This document shows positions 62,275 to 64,000 of a stretch of 64,000 nucleotides of DNA, piece by piece. Under the pieces are notes generated by a model that saw nothing but the letters and a program-made list of their open reading frames with translations, was not told the DNA's origin and made no database searches. Origin of the DNA: Prorocentrum cordatum (lineage: Eukaryota); contig CAUYUJ010000114.1 of the NCBI GenBank assembly GCA_963575745.1, positions 682,001 to 746,000 of the forward strand. Reading direction: 5' to 3'. The translations under genes and the position numbers were made by a program. Numbering within the stretch: position 1 is the stretch's first letter; each line of letters starts with the position of its first letter.

Positions 62275-63814
62275 CGACTGCACGACTCGCCATGACTTTG
62301 CAGCGCTGCGACGAGGCCTGCCCCGCGCACGCGCAGCAGCTGCCGCGCATGGCTGGCCGGCTGCGACGACGGCTTCGGCGCGTGATCGACTCTCTGGGCA
62401 ATCTCACCACGGCCGTTCGCTCGACCCATCGCCGCGCGTTTCTCGGGGGCGCGCCCGCGCGAGATGCGGCTCAGATCGCTTATCTTATTACGGCCGGATC
62501 GAGCCGGGTCGGCGCGGGCCCGGGCGCCCTGGGGGCGGCGCCGAGCCCGCCCGAGGCAGCGGCCGCCGCCGACGCTGGCGCGGCGCCCTCGAGGCAGGCG
62601 TCGCAGCAGGTGTCGCCTCGGGAACCGATTAGACAGCCATCAGCTCCTTCGGCGGAGAGATTGCCGCCGACCATTCCGAGCCACGCGACGCGCCAGTGGA
62701 ACATAGCGGCGCGTTTTTTTTTTCGGCTTGCGAACGCGCCGACTACGACGGGGCAGCTTCAGCAGCCGCATGCCCGCGCGCTGCGCCCGGATGGCCATTC
62801 AACGCGAAGGCAGAGGTAGCCGCGCTTCCTGGCCGAATTGCCCGAGAACGACCGCTGGGAGACCTCTGCCAGCTTCGGGAGTGGTCGGGGCTAGGGGGCG
62901 CAGAAGTTCAGGGGCAGTGGCGCGGGCCCAGGCCGCCGCGGCAATCCACTGGATCCCGACGGGGCACGTCTCGACTGCCGCGAGTGTGACTCCGCCGAGC
63001 ACCTCGTGCGCGACTGCCCCTGGCGCCGCCGGCGAGGGCGCGCCCTCTTCCTCGGCGCCCCAGCTTCGACGTCACCGCCACAACCTCACCGCCCTTGCAC
63101 TTGGGACATCAGGGAGCGCCTGGGCCAGGAGCTCAGCAACCCGCGCCAGGCGCATGCTCGGTTGGGGCGACTGAGGATGCGCCCGGGATTCCCCAGTCCG
63201 TGAATCGAGGCCCCGGCGGACCGCGGAGGTGATCCAATGGAGAGGGCCGACCTTTGGAACGGTGGGCGGGCCGCTCCAGCGGCGGCAGCGCCGCGGCCGC
63301 CCACGGCGGCGCCAGGTGCGTCGCCCCGCGGCTCGTTGTCAGCAGCATGCTGCAGCCGTTGGTCGAACTGGGCCGATGTCGACTGCACGACTCGCCATGA
63401 CTTTGCAGCGCTGCGACGAGGCCTACCCCGCGCACGCGCAGCAGCTGCCGCACATAGCTGGCCGGCTGCGACGACGGCTCCGGCGCGTGATCGACTCTCT
63501 AGGCAATCTCACCACGGCCGTTCGCTCGACCCATCGCCGCGCGTTTTTCGGGGGCGCGCCCGCGCAAGATGCGGCTCAGAGCGCTTATGTTATTACGGCC
63601 GGATCGAGCCCGGTCGGCGCGGGCCCGGGCGCCCTGGGGGCGGCGCCGAGCCCGCCCGAGGCAGCGGCCGCCGCCGACGCTGGCGCGGCGCCCTCGAGGC
63701 AGGCGTCGCAGCAGGTGTCGCCTCGGGAACCGATTAGAAGCCATCAGCTCCTTCGGCGGAGAGATTGCCGCCGACCATTCCGAGCCACGCGACGCGCCAG
63801 TGGAACATAGCGGC
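62275..63814 (+). repeat. ~435-bp direct repeat pair (62275-62710 and 63380-63814)
   Basis: CGACTGCACGACTCGCCATG...GTGGAACATAGCGGC occurs twice with few differences. Confidence 0.85.
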
Positions 63815-64000
63815 ACGTTTTTACTTAACAGCGAAGACTGATAGGTTTCTAGTAGTCTTAAAAGAGAGCAGCAGATGACTCCACAGGGGGGTCTGGGCGG
63901 GTGCCGGACAGGGTGCCGCAGAAGTCGCTTTAAGCAAACAGTCACACCCTTCGTGCTCTTCGACCTCCCAGAACTCCATTCCCGGGCCACATTTTGAATG

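Overview
Repeat-rich, high-GC eukaryotic DNA, most likely dinoflagellate (inferred from GC-AG and GA-AG introns and spliced-leader-like relics). The host gene content is two 3' exons of condensin SMC4 (2882-3052 and from 4733). The main structure is a 24.1-kb TA-flanked DNA transposon (11994-36083) with perfect 29-bp TIRs. It encodes a spliced ~1500-aa pogo-like DD35D transposase fused to an apparently circularly permuted OTU-like domain. It also carries co-oriented cargo: a ParB-like/SET-like protein, an EEP-fold nuclease and a degenerate paralog, and two unknown ORFs. The element has helically phased CCCCTCTGTSACAGAGGGG palindromes at both ends and at its centre. About 55 copies of a CCGC-AG(C/T)A-GCGG mini-hairpin, all in one orientation, are written through its coding and non-coding DNA. 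A second element (57615-60395) has split direct repeats and encodes only a tyrosine recombinase; it is inserted precisely into a TTAGC/TTTAGC satellite. The rest is MITE-like and Helentron-like repeats and microsatellites, and most ORFs in the supplied track are spurious. All family calls are by-eye motif recognition; no searches were run.
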